DNA of 64,000 bases, from the IMG/VR virus record IMGVR_UViG_3300025417_000022, one strand, 5' to 3'. A program made the translations under genes and the position numbers. Source of the stretch: an uncultured virus (IMG/VR IMGVR_UViG_3300025417_000022) (Duplodnaviria; Heunggongvirae; Uroviricota; Caudoviricetes). Position 1 is the first letter of the stretch; the number at the start of each line of letters is the position of its first letter. A model generated the notes under the pieces. The model worked only from the letters and a program-made list of their open reading frames with translations. It was not told the origin of the DNA and did not search any database. This document shows positions 20,074 through 31,206 of this stretch, in pieces.

Positions 20074-21924
20074 ATGGCAAATTTAGAATTTAACAACTTT
20101 TCACTACCAACAGATGGTTATACAGCTTTTGATGCAACAAGTCTTAAGAGCTTAATTATAGCCAGACTTAATGCCAATAATGTTTTTACAGATCAAAATT
20201 ATGAAGGCAGTAACCTTTCATCAATTATTGATATTATTGCTTATTCCTATCACGTTCTTTTGTTTTATTTGAACAGAACAGGTGCAGAAGCAACTTTTAC
20301 TACAGCGGAATTATACGAAAATATTAATAAGATTGTTAAACTCATCGGCTATGATCCGATCGGTTATCAGACAGCAATTCTTTCTTTCCAAGCTACAGCA
20401 AACGGTAACTTACCAGCTGGTACTTATACAATTCCAAGATATTCATACTTTACAGTAAATGGTGCTTATTACTCATTTAATAATAATATTACATTCTTAA
20501 AAAATACTAACTCCACCGAGCAACTTACAAATTTTCAATCACAAAACCTCCTCTATCAAGGCCAGTATGTTGAATATCCGCTTTATACAGCAAATGGTCA
20601 GCCATTTGAACTATTAACACTTACCAATGTTGATTTAAATAATCAAAATACAATTATTGATCATTTTAATATTGACGTATACGTTAAGGATAATACAGCA
20701 CCTACACCTGCATGGATAAAATATACTGCTACACAGTCACTATTCTTTGAACGTGCTAACGCGACAGTGTATGAGATTCGTCTTAATGAAAATCTTAGAT
20801 ATGAGATTAAATTTGGTAACGGTATTACCGGCAAGCAGTTAAACACCGGTGATCAAGTAGCAATTTATTATCTAAAATCTTCTGGTAAACAGGGAGAAAT
20901 TGGACCAGGCATTCTTGACGGTAATCAACTTTTTACCTATAGTACAACCCTCTTTAATCAGATTCAAAATGATGTTACACCGGTAAATGTTACATTAATG
21001 ACGCAGCCGCAGATGCGTTTATTGACATTTGCAAATACTGCACCGTCAACACCGTTTGTTGATGTAGAGTCAGTTGATAGCATTAAGCACAACGCACAAA
21101 ATACATTTAGAAGTCAATATAGACTGATTACTACAGATGATTTTTCTAATTATGTAGCACAAAATTTTAGTAATATTGTTGCATCAGTAAAAACAGTTAA
21201 TAACTGGGATTATATTACAGGTCACTTAAAATACTTTTTTGATCTCGGTGTTACAAGTCCTAATTACGAATCTCGCGTTCTTTTCAATCAAGTTAAATTC
21301 GCTGATTCAAGTAATAGTAATAATATCTACATTTACGCAGTACCAAAACTACTTCAAGTTAACTCGTTGGCATCACGTTCGAACTATGTCAATACAGCGC
21401 AAAAACAACTTATAATTAATGAATTATCAAATATTAAATTAACGACATCTGAAGTTATTATCAACGACCCTATTTACGTAGCTGTAGACTTAGGTATGAA
21501 TATACCAACACAGTCACTAGCCCTGAGTGTAGCAGGTGGTACTAGACTTGTAATTACACGTAATATTACATCAAAGCGTAACCCTGAAGCACTAGCAAAG
21601 AGCATCTCTGATATCTTTACAAGTTATTTTGCAACAACACAAGATAATCTCGGGCTAAATTTAAGTCTTTCCTACCTCACACAACAAATACTCGCACTAG
21701 AGGGGGTAGATAACGTACAGACAGTAGCGGTCGGTGCCGATGGTGTAACATATACACAACCAGGTGTCAGTCTTATTATATACAACCCTGTTTACCCGTA
21801 TGATGATATTATTGCTGCAACACAAGATGTACAGCTACCCTATTTTAAATATCCATATTTAAATAACGCAAGTACGTTTGTTAACAAAATTCAAGTAGTG
21901 ACACCTACTGTGCAACTTTTATAA
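20074..21924 (+). CDS. gp6: Baseplate wedge subunit (gp6-like)
   Basis: FTDQNYEGSNLSSIIDIIAY, YEIKFGNGITGK, ESVDSIK..A..FRSQYRLITTDDF. Confidence 0.93.
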   Translation: MANLEFNNFSLPTDGYTAFDATSLKSLIIARLNANNVFTDQNYEGSNLSSIIDIIAYSYHVLLFYLNRTGAEATFTTAELYENINKIVKLIGYDPIGYQTAILSFQATANGNLPAGTYTIPRYSYFTVNGAYYSFNNNITFLKNTNSTEQLTNFQSQNLLYQGQYVEYPLYTANGQPFELLTLTNVDLNNQNTIIDHFNIDVYVKDNTAPTPAWIKYTATQSLFFERANATVYEIRLNENLRYEIKFGNGITGKQLNTGDQVAIYYLKSSGKQGEIGPGILDGNQLFTYSTTLFNQIQNDVTPVNVTLMTQPQMRLLTFANTAPSTPFVDVESVDSIKHNAQNTFRSQYRLITTDDFSNYVAQNFSNIVASVKTVNNWDYITGHLKYFFDLGVTSPNYESRVLFNQVKFADSSNSNNIYIYAVPKLLQVNSLASRSNYVNTAQKQLIINELSNIKLTTSEVIINDPIYVAVDLGMNIPTQSLALSVAGGTRLVITRNITSKRNPEALAKSISDIFTSYFATTQDNLGLNLSLSYLTQQILALEGVDNVQTVAVGADGVTYTQPGVSLIIYNPVYPYDDIIAATQDVQLPYFKYPYLNNASTFVNKIQVVTPTVQLL

Positions 21925-21932
21925 TATAGTAT

Positions 21933-24900
21933 ATGTCAACAACGAGTACAGTACCGGTACCAGTTTCGTATATTCACTTCGAAGTTCTTGACTATTCGAA
22001 TACAAACGTACTATCTACATATACTCTGGAGCAAACACCTCTTACATTTGTTCCTGACTTTACTCTCTATTATAGCTCGCTTACTGCAAACCCAAACATT
22101 TCAAATAAAACAATTAGATGGGATTTTGGTGACGGTACCTATTCGACAGATTTAACTGCGAAGCATTCATATAAGTGGCCTGGTCAATATGTCGTAACAT
22201 TAACAGTATTTAACAGTGCAGGGTTGCCTGTGGAGAGTAGTTTTAGTCCAACTATATATGCTCAGGATTTTATTCCCACAGAACTTAAATGGGGTGATTA
22301 CGGTAAGTTTGTATATGACGTACCGGCAGGAAAACTTGGCGATCCTCTTCCTCTCTATACAAGAAACAGCTGGCAGAATTATGATGCTATAAAAGCAGAC
22401 GGTGGTATAACAATTAATTTCTATGCATCTGGCGCAGCTGGTGACTATGAAGACCAAGAAATGTATAAAAATGATAAGTGGGCTCATTTACGTCTCTTGA
22501 GTAGATTTTATGTAAAAGAACTTTTTGATGGTACAGAGCAACTCGTAGTTGTAGATTCTATCAGTTCAAATGTTACAGAGATTTACGCGCGTATTGCTAA
22601 TAATAGCATACAAATTTGTTCTGCCGAAGACGAAAATAGCTTCTTTGTAGGCACAACTGGTTACAATGAAATTTATTACGTTGATGATCGTGTTAAAAAC
22701 TTTACAACGAGAGAAAATCCTATCTTTCTCATGGCAACATTTGATAGCTCTAAATTTGGCGATGAGATGTCAACAAGAAGAGACATTTTTAAATATATCG
22801 ATTATCCTCCTTATGGCTTTCAGCAATACCCACCTGCTGTTATACCTGTTGTCAAAGTAAGACATAATCCAGCCCAGCAACTCTCTATAACCACAACAGG
22901 CATCGATGGAGAGGGTTCACTCTCTTCAACTGTTTTTAAACTACCTGAAATCAGCTGGCAGTGTACAGAAATTCCTTTTGTAATAAAGTTCAAAGACGAT
23001 GAAATGTTTACTACTAAAACATATCCTCCGCTCTACTCGAATAAAGCAAATCTCCCTTTACCGCAGGGATTGTATAATACACTTACTAATAATATTATTT
23101 CTTATTGGACGTTTGATAATGACGGTACAGATAATGTATCTCTAAGTGATACCACAGGAAATGGATATACACTAACAGCTCCAGGCACAGGTGTATTAAT
23201 AGCACCGGGGCTAATTAATAGCAGTGCATATTTTGACGGTAACTCATACCTTACACTTTCGTCCTTTAATGATTTTAATTCATCAGAGTTTACAATATCA
23301 TTTTGGACAAATTTTAACGGCAGTACCGTTACAAGCAAACATCATGCGCTGTTATTAGCTCTTTCGTCAAACGGTACATCAAACGGCTCCATTTTTGTCA
23401 CATACTCGCCAGAGCAACTAAACGGTGGAGTTAATCTAGTTACAACAAACGACGGAGTAACATACAAATATATACCGTCTAAAATCTTTCCTACAGATGA
23501 TGACTGGCACCATATTGCTATAACATTTAACGGACAGAGAGTATACTTTTATATTGACGGTGAATTTGCTATTTCAGCTACTTGTGACACCATACCGTTA
23601 AATAATCCTAGTCTCTTCATCGGCGGATCTAATATTACATTTTCAAATATTAGTAACTATAAAGGAGCTATTGATGAAGCAGGTATATGGAGAAGACTGT
23701 TGACAGCTCCAGAAATATTCAATTTAAATAATTACGGTATTGGTCAGCAATATCCGTTTTTAGCTGATAATGTCTATGATATAGATATGGGTATCATCAC
23801 AACTGATGATAACGGTAATACAAGACAGTTAGAGAATGTTGTCTTTAATTCGAATTTTAACGAATATATTCCGCAGAGTTATGGAGGCTTTTTCAAAGGA
23901 TATTTCATATCTAACGAAGCAGCATATAACTGTACGCTGACAGCTTCGGTAATGGTTATTGACCCTTCAAACTTTCCGAAAGATTCACTTATTGGATGGA
24001 TTGCTATACCACAAACTAATTACATTTTAAGATTATTCAGAGAGCAGCTATATAGCAGCTGCCCTGGTGCTGTGACAATGACGCTTACCTCAGCACAAGT
24101 ATATTTTGATTCGCAAGCAAATAGAAACATTTACGCCATCTGTGTTGCTCCATCCGGCGCAGGCAAAGGAAATGATTATCAAGCTTGGTTTGCTGATAGT
24201 ATTACTGATACTATTTTAAAGAGAGATGCATCTGGTGTACTTCTATCATCAATACCGCTTTCATCTGCACCGACGAAGATTAATACTAATGTTGTATCAT
24301 ATGTTGACTATAGACAACCAGATCTCGGGGCTGCATCACCGAGCAGTATAGCTCTAGATGGTAATAGTGACTTGTGGGTAGCGCTTTTCGATTCAGGTTA
24401 TGTAATAAAAATAGACGGTGTTTATGGTAATGTAATATCAGTAGCGTATCCACCGACACAGAATTTCTACTATTGGTTAAGTGCATATGGCAATACTGCA
24501 GCACTCAGTGGTTTTGCTGGTGAGGGATTATTCTTACCTTCCTCTATTGAGACAGATCAAAATAATAATGTATGGGTTGCATATTCACATCCGGTATCAA
24601 ATATTATTGTTAATTACGATACAACAGGAAATACATTAAACGTTATACCTTTACCTCCAGTTGTTTCACCTATTGAAATTTGTGCTGATAGAAACAAGTT
24701 TGTCTGGGTTACTACATTCAATCATACCGCTACAGGCTTTTCACTATCAGGTAGAAATGATTTACTATATAAATTTGACTATAACGGTAATATAGTAAGA
24801 GGATTTCCTATTGATGGATTTAAGATGCTTAACAATATTGCGATCGATGGTCGACAGAACGCCTGGGTCTCGCAAGATAGAGAAACAATAACAAAGATTG

Positions 24901-26120
24901 ATGGTATTACAACAGAGCAGACAAGTTATATTGCCGGATCCGGGCTAAACGATACAGATTATATTTGTAGTTTAGCTGGTATAACAGTAGATACTTCAGA
25001 TTACGCCTGGGTCATTAATAACTTTGATCAAAGAGCATATATTATAGATACCCTTATACCACCAACAAACACACTTAATGCTGTTAATGGTATTGATCTT
25101 GTATTTCAGCAACCTAATCCTCTTTATCCAATATCAGGAATGGAGATACTTGAGTTCCAAGCATACGGTGACTGGTTTGGATCAAGATGGATTAACAAAT
25201 ATATGATTCCGACGTCTGTTATAAGAACTATTACAGGTTCTTCTTCGACGTTTAATCTCTATCCAACCGGTGGTCAGTATGGTCTTGCTAAAATAAACGA
25301 AAATTTTGCAGCAAAAGAATTTTATGATTCGTTACGGTATCAAGAGATATTATTAGACAAACAAGTTTTCTTTGATCAATTCTTAGGTAGCATAGTTGGC
25401 GACGCTAAGGCACAATCATACGAGCTTGGTAAAACAATATATGAAAAAATAGCTAACTTCGTCGATAATAAAGCAAATATTACGACATGTAATATTGATG
25501 AATTAGTTGATTTTTGCTCTGAATTATCAATTCAATTTGAGCAATACAATTACCCATACCCACCGCAATTAAAACGTCTGTTAAATATTTTATCTATTAA
25601 GCAGAAAAACCTTTGGGGTGATGCCAATACATTTTCTGAGAATTTTGACTTTAGAGGTACACTACCTCCGCATCAGCTCTACGGTACAAACCTCGGAACC
25701 ATGATAGATCCTATTACTGGTATTATACGTTCAGGTGTACCTGTTGTAGCATATGAGTTATTTTCAAACGCCTATACTTTAATTAACAATCTTATAATAC
25801 CTGATACAAGCTATAATGATATTCTACCGCTTTCAACATTTAGTTACAATTGGGGCTGGAATTTAGTAGCACCGATGTCTGTTTCTGGCATTGATATTAA
25901 AAATTATTATAATTTCTATACCTTTAATCCATCGGTATCGGGACAAATATATAATAACATTATCGATTGGTCTAATCCAGCTACGACTTTAACGTTTTCA
26001 GGTAGTTCTTTTGATAATTGGTCTAGTGATAGCGGTATTATGGCAAATTTAATTAGTTACGAGCTAACAAAAGGTCTTAGACTGTTTACATCTGCCGCTG
26101 ATATAACATATAACAATTAA
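21933..26120 (+). CDS. Large baseplate protein with PKD, LamG-like and beta-propeller domains (gp7-like position)
   Basis: WDFGDG..HSY..PGQYVVTLTV (PKD); YWTFDN..WHHIAITF..YIDG..GAIDE..IW.R.L (LamG); repeated D.N..(L/V)WV propeller blades. Confidence 0.7.
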   Translation: MSTTSTVPVPVSYIHFEVLDYSNTNVLSTYTLEQTPLTFVPDFTLYYSSLTANPNISNKTIRWDFGDGTYSTDLTAKHSYKWPGQYVVTLTVFNSAGLPVESSFSPTIYAQDFIPTELKWGDYGKFVYDVPAGKLGDPLPLYTRNSWQNYDAIKADGGITINFYASGAAGDYEDQEMYKNDKWAHLRLLSRFYVKELFDGTEQLVVVDSISSNVTEIYARIANNSIQICSAEDENSFFVGTTGYNEIYYVDDRVKNFTTRENPIFLMATFDSSKFGDEMSTRRDIFKYIDYPPYGFQQYPPAVIPVVKVRHNPAQQLSITTTGIDGEGSLSSTVFKLPEISWQCTEIPFVIKFKDDEMFTTKTYPPLYSNKANLPLPQGLYNTLTNNIISYWTFDNDGTDNVSLSDTTGNGYTLTAPGTGVLIAPGLINSSAYFDGNSYLTLSSFNDFNSSEFTISFWTNFNGSTVTSKHHALLLALSSNGTSNGSIFVTYSPEQLNGGVNLVTTNDGVTYKYIPSKIFPTDDDWHHIAITFNGQRVYFYIDGEFAISATCDTIPLNNPSLFIGGSNITFSNISNYKGAIDEAGIWRRLLTAPEIFNLNNYGIGQQYPFLADNVYDIDMGIITTDDNGNTRQLENVVFNSNFNEYIPQSYGGFFKGYFISNEAAYNCTLTASVMVIDPSNFPKDSLIGWIAIPQTNYILRLFREQLYSSCPGAVTMTLTSAQVYFDSQANRNIYAICVAPSGAGKGNDYQAWFADSITDTILKRDASGVLLSSIPLSSAPTKINTNVVSYVDYRQPDLGAASPSSIALDGNSDLWVALFDSGYVIKIDGVYGNVISVAYPPTQNFYYWLSAYGNTAALSGFAGEGLFLPSSIETDQNNNVWVAYSHPVSNIIVNYDTTGNTLNVIPLPPVVSPIEICADRNKFVWVTTFNHTATGFSLSGRNDLLYKFDYNGNIVRGFPIDGFKMLNNIAIDGRQNAWVSQDRETITKIDGITTEQTSYIAGSGLNDTDYICSLAGITVDTSDYAWVINNFDQRAYIIDTLIPPTNTLNAVNGIDLVFQQPNPLYPISGMEILEFQAYGDWFGSRWINKYMIPTSVIRTITGSSSTFNLYPTGGQYGLAKINENFAAKEFYDSLRYQEILLDKQVFFDQFLGSIVGDAKAQSYELGKTIYEKIANFVDNKANITTCNIDELVDFCSELSIQFEQYNYPYPPQLKRLLNILSIKQKNLWGDANTFSENFDFRGTLPPHQLYGTNLGTMIDPITGIIRSGVPVVAYELFSNAYTLINNLIIPDTSYNDILPLSTFSYNWGWNLVAPMSVSGIDIKNYYNFYTFNPSVSGQIYNNIIDWSNPATTLTFSGSSFDNWSSDSGIMANLISYELTKGLRLFTSAADITYNN

Positions 26121-26128
26121 ATATTTTC

Positions 26129-29100
26129 ATGGCAGATTTTATCAGATATGTTGACGAACGGTTGGATAATTCAATTACTTCGCGCACCCCTTCTGCCCAT
26201 CCAGTTGATAGTTATCAACCGCTGTCTTTTACTGATTGGTTAAAATATAACGATTTCTTATACACTAACTCGTCTGATTTCTTACTACGCTATCAGTCAT
26301 ATTTAAATAACTGGTTTAATACTACAAAAACCTCGCAAGAGCAGAGTGAAAAAATAGTACAACAATACTATACCCAGCTCATTAATGAAATTGTTTTAAA
26401 TTATTCTACAATTGACGAGCAGCGTTATTTAAAGAATCTTGATTTATCAGATCCCGGTGATTTAGCGCTATCTGTACCATTCTTTACTCAAAAAATAAAA
26501 GAAATATGTCTTTATTATAGTACATTACGTGACAGAGCTGAAACAGCTACAGTACAATATAATTTAAAAGGATCTAATTTCGGTACTGAACGTACACTTT
26601 ATAATTTATTCATTAATACATTGCAGACAGGTGACGTTACACCTACGCAGCAAAACTATGTTGTGTCTGTATCTGGTATTAAGAATAATCTTACATTTGA
26701 AACAGAAGATTTATATGACAATTATGCAGATTATTATGATGTAAGTTCTGTTAAATCAGCATCTGCTTATAATTCTTTTAATGATTTAAGAGCACAGTAT
26801 TTTACACTAAACCAATACAGCATAGATCCGGATTTATTTAAAAACATTTCATTCTCGATTCTACGTGCTATTGCATCCTATCCGTTTTACCTAATTGAAC
26901 TCGGTTCAAATCTGTACGTTGATCCGCTCATTAATAGCACTAATTTAAACTATTTAAAAGACAGCGACTTTCAAACACTTATTTCTAGTACCGCATATAC
27001 AGATTTAAATCTCTATTTACAAGCAGACTTAATTAAGAAGTATATCGGTGCTGATATCTATTACGTTAAGGTTGGTAGCACAACAACAAGTTATACATCT
27101 GGTATTTTATGTAAAGCAGATAATGATTTTGCTAATTATCTAAACAAACGCTTTCCAACTGTCATAGGTGTACCGTCAACAGAGTATCTTTTATCTGAAA
27201 AAGAACTCGGTTTATTTTTTAAACCAGATAAACTAGGTATTAGTACCTTTACGAATTTTAAATTTAAGCCAGAAATAGATTATACTAAGCTTGAACCAAA
27301 TACTTTATACTTCTTTCCTGATCCTAGCAAGTACGGAAATATTTCAAGTAATACCAAGACATCCTTTAAGACGCCTTTTGATTTTATTGAGGATAATACA
27401 AGAGACACGGTAGATTTCTCTAATAGTTATCGTTTTGGTGATTCAACAACAGATCCATACTATCAGACCTTTAGAGCTTATCAATCAAGAGAGCAGACAT
27501 TAGATACACAAGATTTCGGTCTATCAAAATATACCGATGCACAGGATTTCTTTGCCGGCGATCAAAAGACAATATGGTCTAATAGTGATATATACCCTGT
27601 CATTCCGTCGAATATATTTCCAATTGATTTAAGAACAAAAAATCTTCTATCTCTTAATAAGACTCTCGTACAATATAAAAACGACATTTACGGTAACGAG
27701 TTTGGTCTGTACAAGCAAATATCTCCTAATAAGGCAAACACATTTAATTATAATGCCACACAGTCTGATAATATTGTTACATGCTTAGCGCTCGACAATT
27801 ATACGTTTAAAGATCCGATATCTGGTTATAATTTTGATTTTACTCAGGAGAATAAAGCACTTAACTGGTCTGGTGTTATTTTAAAAACCGTTACTTATGA
27901 GGATACAAACTTACCTATCTACAATAACGAAGGTAAGATCATCTCTAATGAAACCGCATCATTTAGATTAACAGGTTCAACATCGCCTATATACTCTTAT
28001 ACTTTCCAGCCGGAGATATTTTGCTCTGATTATTCTACTGTTGGATATGTTTGTTCAATTGTCGACGGTGTAGGGTTCATGTTACCGGGAGGTGAACCGT
28101 ATCCTGCCACACCATTAACCGATTCTACTAATTACGATCCACTTAACTCTAAACTTTATTATATGGAGTTGTTTGATGCCGGTCAAGGGCATCCGTATAT
28201 TGTTAACAATACAATCTTTACAACACTTACAACTATTCCCGTTTCTGCTATACCTAATTCACCTATATCTGAATATATAGCAGTCTCAGCGTTCTTTACT
28301 GCCGGTACACCACAAAGACTTGCAGATTATAGAGCGACATTCCCGTATCCCGGTAACTTCCTATATACCATACCTACATCATCATATTATGTTGTCGATG
28401 GTTTTAGATTTACTGTTAATGGCGTTGATCCATGTGCAGCGCAAAGCTTCTCAACAACTGTTTATGCTGAAAAATCGAATTTCTTCGACATAAGATTACC
28501 TGGCTTCACAACACTGGTAAATGAAACGCAATCAGAATTAAACACAACTGCAAGTCTTTACGATTCTAAGAATACCGTTCTAGGTGATCTGTATTACCGT
28601 AACTCTAATAGCACTGTTATTGTACCTGTTTCAACAGCACTTAGTGCAATCTTCTTAAAATATCCACAAGACATTCAAGAAGAACTTAATAACAGCATTA
28701 TTAATTTTGATTTATACTACGATGTTTTACAGCTAGAGACACCAAATTATCTTGTATTAGAAAAACTTACGTTTGATTATAATACCAATACAATATATGA
28801 AGGTGGCCCTGGTACAAATTATATCTATAAGGATAGTAATAATGATTTACAGCAAATTTCAACAGTATGGTTTAATGAGCGTGAAAAGGAATTATTGTTC
28901 TGCCAGATGAACGTGTTCAATGAGTTAAGTGCTTCTAACTATAAGATAATTTACCCAAAAATCTATGCATTTAATCTTAACGCTTTAAGCATTAAGCAAA
29001 TTTACCCGACTGTCCGTGATGAGACTTTAACATATAATTATTTGAGTCAGTACTCACTTTCTGGTAAGGATATTGAATTGAATATTATTAAAATCGATAA

Positions 29101-29377
29101 ACCGATTATGACGTATAACGATGAAACAAATCGCTATACTATTACATATCTCGGTAAAGATGCATCAAATGCATTTTATGTCTTTAATTCACAGTTCCAA
29201 TATATAGACAATATCTATACCGATGTCTCACATACAATGTATAAACTAGGCTCTGACGTATATGATATTAATTTTGCTAACCCTGGTACAAGCAAATATC
29301 TACAGACATATCCTATCTTAAATACATCTGTTGGCAGTGTTGTTGATAATTCGTTTACGTTCGGAACAGTTGCTTAA
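26129..29377 (+). CDS. Large structural (baseplate) protein, function unassigned
   Basis: 1082-aa ORF, Y/N/S/T-rich, late-promoter motif, in the baseplate operon. Confidence 0.6.
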   Translation: MADFIRYVDERLDNSITSRTPSAHPVDSYQPLSFTDWLKYNDFLYTNSSDFLLRYQSYLNNWFNTTKTSQEQSEKIVQQYYTQLINEIVLNYSTIDEQRYLKNLDLSDPGDLALSVPFFTQKIKEICLYYSTLRDRAETATVQYNLKGSNFGTERTLYNLFINTLQTGDVTPTQQNYVVSVSGIKNNLTFETEDLYDNYADYYDVSSVKSASAYNSFNDLRAQYFTLNQYSIDPDLFKNISFSILRAIASYPFYLIELGSNLYVDPLINSTNLNYLKDSDFQTLISSTAYTDLNLYLQADLIKKYIGADIYYVKVGSTTTSYTSGILCKADNDFANYLNKRFPTVIGVPSTEYLLSEKELGLFFKPDKLGISTFTNFKFKPEIDYTKLEPNTLYFFPDPSKYGNISSNTKTSFKTPFDFIEDNTRDTVDFSNSYRFGDSTTDPYYQTFRAYQSREQTLDTQDFGLSKYTDAQDFFAGDQKTIWSNSDIYPVIPSNIFPIDLRTKNLLSLNKTLVQYKNDIYGNEFGLYKQISPNKANTFNYNATQSDNIVTCLALDNYTFKDPISGYNFDFTQENKALNWSGVILKTVTYEDTNLPIYNNEGKIISNETASFRLTGSTSPIYSYTFQPEIFCSDYSTVGYVCSIVDGVGFMLPGGEPYPATPLTDSTNYDPLNSKLYYMELFDAGQGHPYIVNNTIFTTLTTIPVSAIPNSPISEYIAVSAFFTAGTPQRLADYRATFPYPGNFLYTIPTSSYYVVDGFRFTVNGVDPCAAQSFSTTVYAEKSNFFDIRLPGFTTLVNETQSELNTTASLYDSKNTVLGDLYYRNSNSTVIVPVSTALSAIFLKYPQDIQEELNNSIINFDLYYDVLQLETPNYLVLEKLTFDYNTNTIYEGGPGTNYIYKDSNNDLQQISTVWFNEREKELLFCQMNVFNELSASNYKIIYPKIYAFNLNALSIKQIYPTVRDETLTYNYLSQYSLSGKDIELNIIKIDKPIMTYNDETNRYTITYLGKDASNAFYVFNSQFQYIDNIYTDVSHTMYKLGSDVYDINFANPGTSKYLQTYPILNTSVGSVVDNSFTFGTVA

Positions 29378-29404
29378 CCGAAAAACACGAGTTAAATAAG
29401 GTTA

Positions 29405-30655
29405 ATGAGCAGTCAATTACCGGAGCATATTGTTAATATTTTAACAAAGAAGGAACACACATGCTATGCACCTGGTATGTCGATAAATTTCGATATTCTC
29501 GGTAATATGACTGTATGCTGTGCTAACAGGAAAGTTATTCTTGGAACGTATCCAAAAAACACAATTATGGATGCGCTCAAATCACCTGAGCTTGTTAAAT
29601 TAAAGCAACAACTCAATAATTTGGATTTTAGCAATGGATGTAATGTCTGTTATAAACATCTTGCCTCTGGAGATTATAACAACACAATATTAGCAAAATT
29701 CGACGAAGAGCATAGACAGAAAAACGCTCTACACAGTCCTTACAAAGGCGATACGTGGTTTCCGAAAGTAATGGAATTTGAGATAACTAATGTTTGTAAT
29801 TACGAATGTATTATGTGCGGCGGGCATTGGTCTTCGCAGATAAGAGCTAATAGAGAGAAATTACCCGCTATTCCGTTTGTATACGACAAAAACTTCGTTA
29901 AGCAGCTGGAACAATTTATACCTCATCTATATAAAATGAATTTTCTCGGCGGTGAACCGTTTGCAGTTCCTTTATATTACGAGATTTGGGAGAAAGTAAT
30001 AGAACTCAATCCTAATATCCTCGTCGGTATTACCACAAACGGATCGATATACAACGAAAGGATAAAGAACCTTATACAACGGCATAAAAATATTAAATTA
30101 GTATGTTCTTTAGATTCTTTAAATCCCGAAACATATAGTTTCATACGTAAAAATGGCACTTTAAGTAAAGTACTAGATAATCTTGCAAAATATAAAGAAC
30201 TAGGTGCGCTGAGCGTCATTACTTTCAATCCCATGATTCAAAACTGGCATGAAATACAAGATATTATACGGTACTGCCAAACTAATAACTTAAGATTAAC
30301 ATTTAACAACGTACATGACCCGCTCGGTGGAAGAATAAAAGGGATTCATGCAAATGGTGATTGGATAAAATACGACAATATTTCAAAGACAACTATAAAT
30401 GTAAATTTAAAAGATAAACTACCAGAAGTCAGCTTGTTTACTTTACCGAAAAAAGAGAGAATACGTATTTGTAATACACTTAAGGCACAAAAGTTACATA
30501 CTATACCTGAGTATGGTGTACGGGTTCAGAGTTTAATTGATGCTCTTATGAATTTTGAGGAGAAGAACGCTGAAGATTCAACTGTATTAGCTAAGATCCA
30601 TAGAGGATTAAGCAATTCTATTATCAGATTATTATCGTTTAATCCGTTTAGGTAA
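29405..30655 (+). CDS. Radical SAM enzyme with N-terminal SPASM/twitch domain
   Basis: CYAP..GNMTVCC..GCNVC at the N-terminus; CNYECIMC (CxxxCxxC), GGEP and TTNG. Confidence 0.9.
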   Translation: MSSQLPEHIVNILTKKEHTCYAPGMSINFDILGNMTVCCANRKVILGTYPKNTIMDALKSPELVKLKQQLNNLDFSNGCNVCYKHLASGDYNNTILAKFDEEHRQKNALHSPYKGDTWFPKVMEFEITNVCNYECIMCGGHWSSQIRANREKLPAIPFVYDKNFVKQLEQFIPHLYKMNFLGGEPFAVPLYYEIWEKVIELNPNILVGITTNGSIYNERIKNLIQRHKNIKLVCSLDSLNPETYSFIRKNGTLSKVLDNLAKYKELGALSVITFNPMIQNWHEIQDIIRYCQTNNLRLTFNNVHDPLGGRIKGIHANGDWIKYDNISKTTINVNLKDKLPEVSLFTLPKKERIRICNTLKAQKLHTIPEYGVRVQSLIDALMNFEEKNAEDSTVLAKIHRGLSNSIIRLLSFNPFR

Positions 30656-30805
30656 ATAAGCTCCTTTACCTTCCTCTATAAGCTGAGCCCGTGTTTTAAG
30701 AACCGGGGTATTATCATTCATGATAATGTAAGGTGCTTCAATTTTTTTGCTCTTTGATGACTTATACCCGAAGAGCTTAGAGATATTTCGTATGAAGCTA
30801 ACCAT
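30632..30805 (-). CDS. Small hypothetical protein (57 aa, MVSFIRNISK...)
   Basis: Open frame below the ORF-track cutoff, in the gap downstream of the minus-strand gene run. Confidence 0.35.
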   Translation of the reverse strand: MVSFIRNISKLFGYKSSKSKKIEAPYIIMNDNTPVLKTRAQLIEEGKGAYLPKRIKR

Positions 30806-30845
30806 ATGTTTAAATAATTAGTCTACCGCTAATTATTTTTTCGAC

Positions 30846-31196
30846 TTATTTTAAAGAAAGTAAATATTTTAGTCGATTTAATACAGCCAACATCTCATCT
30901 CTTATGTTTAAGAGATCAGTATCATCGAGAAGGTCATTAATATTGATGAGGAACTCAATATATGAATCAATAACATCCATATAATTACCTTCAAGGTTAC
31001 CAATCTCTATCTGATAAACTGCTTTAGTACGTGACTTACCGTGCTTACCGAAGAACACTTCAACAAATTCATCAACTAACTCATCTAGCTGTTCATAGGC
31101 CTTGCCGAACGCTTTATGTTGTGCGTAAGTATCAGACTGCCAATGAAACACACGCAGTTGGTTTTGAATTTTAAGAAATGGTGTGATTAATTGCAT
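30846..31196 (-). CDS. Ferritin/Dps-like protein (DUF5856-type)
   Basis: FHWQS..YAQHKAF..Y..L..LVDEFVE, a Dps-like ferroxidase helix pattern. Confidence 0.75.
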   Translation of the reverse strand: MQLITPFLKIQNQLRVFHWQSDTYAQHKAFGKAYEQLDELVDEFVEVFFGKHGKSRTKAVYQIEIGNLEGNYMDVIDSYIEFLININDLLDDTDLLNIRDEMLAVLNRLKYLLSLK

Positions 31197-31206
31197 GTCT
31201 AAATAC

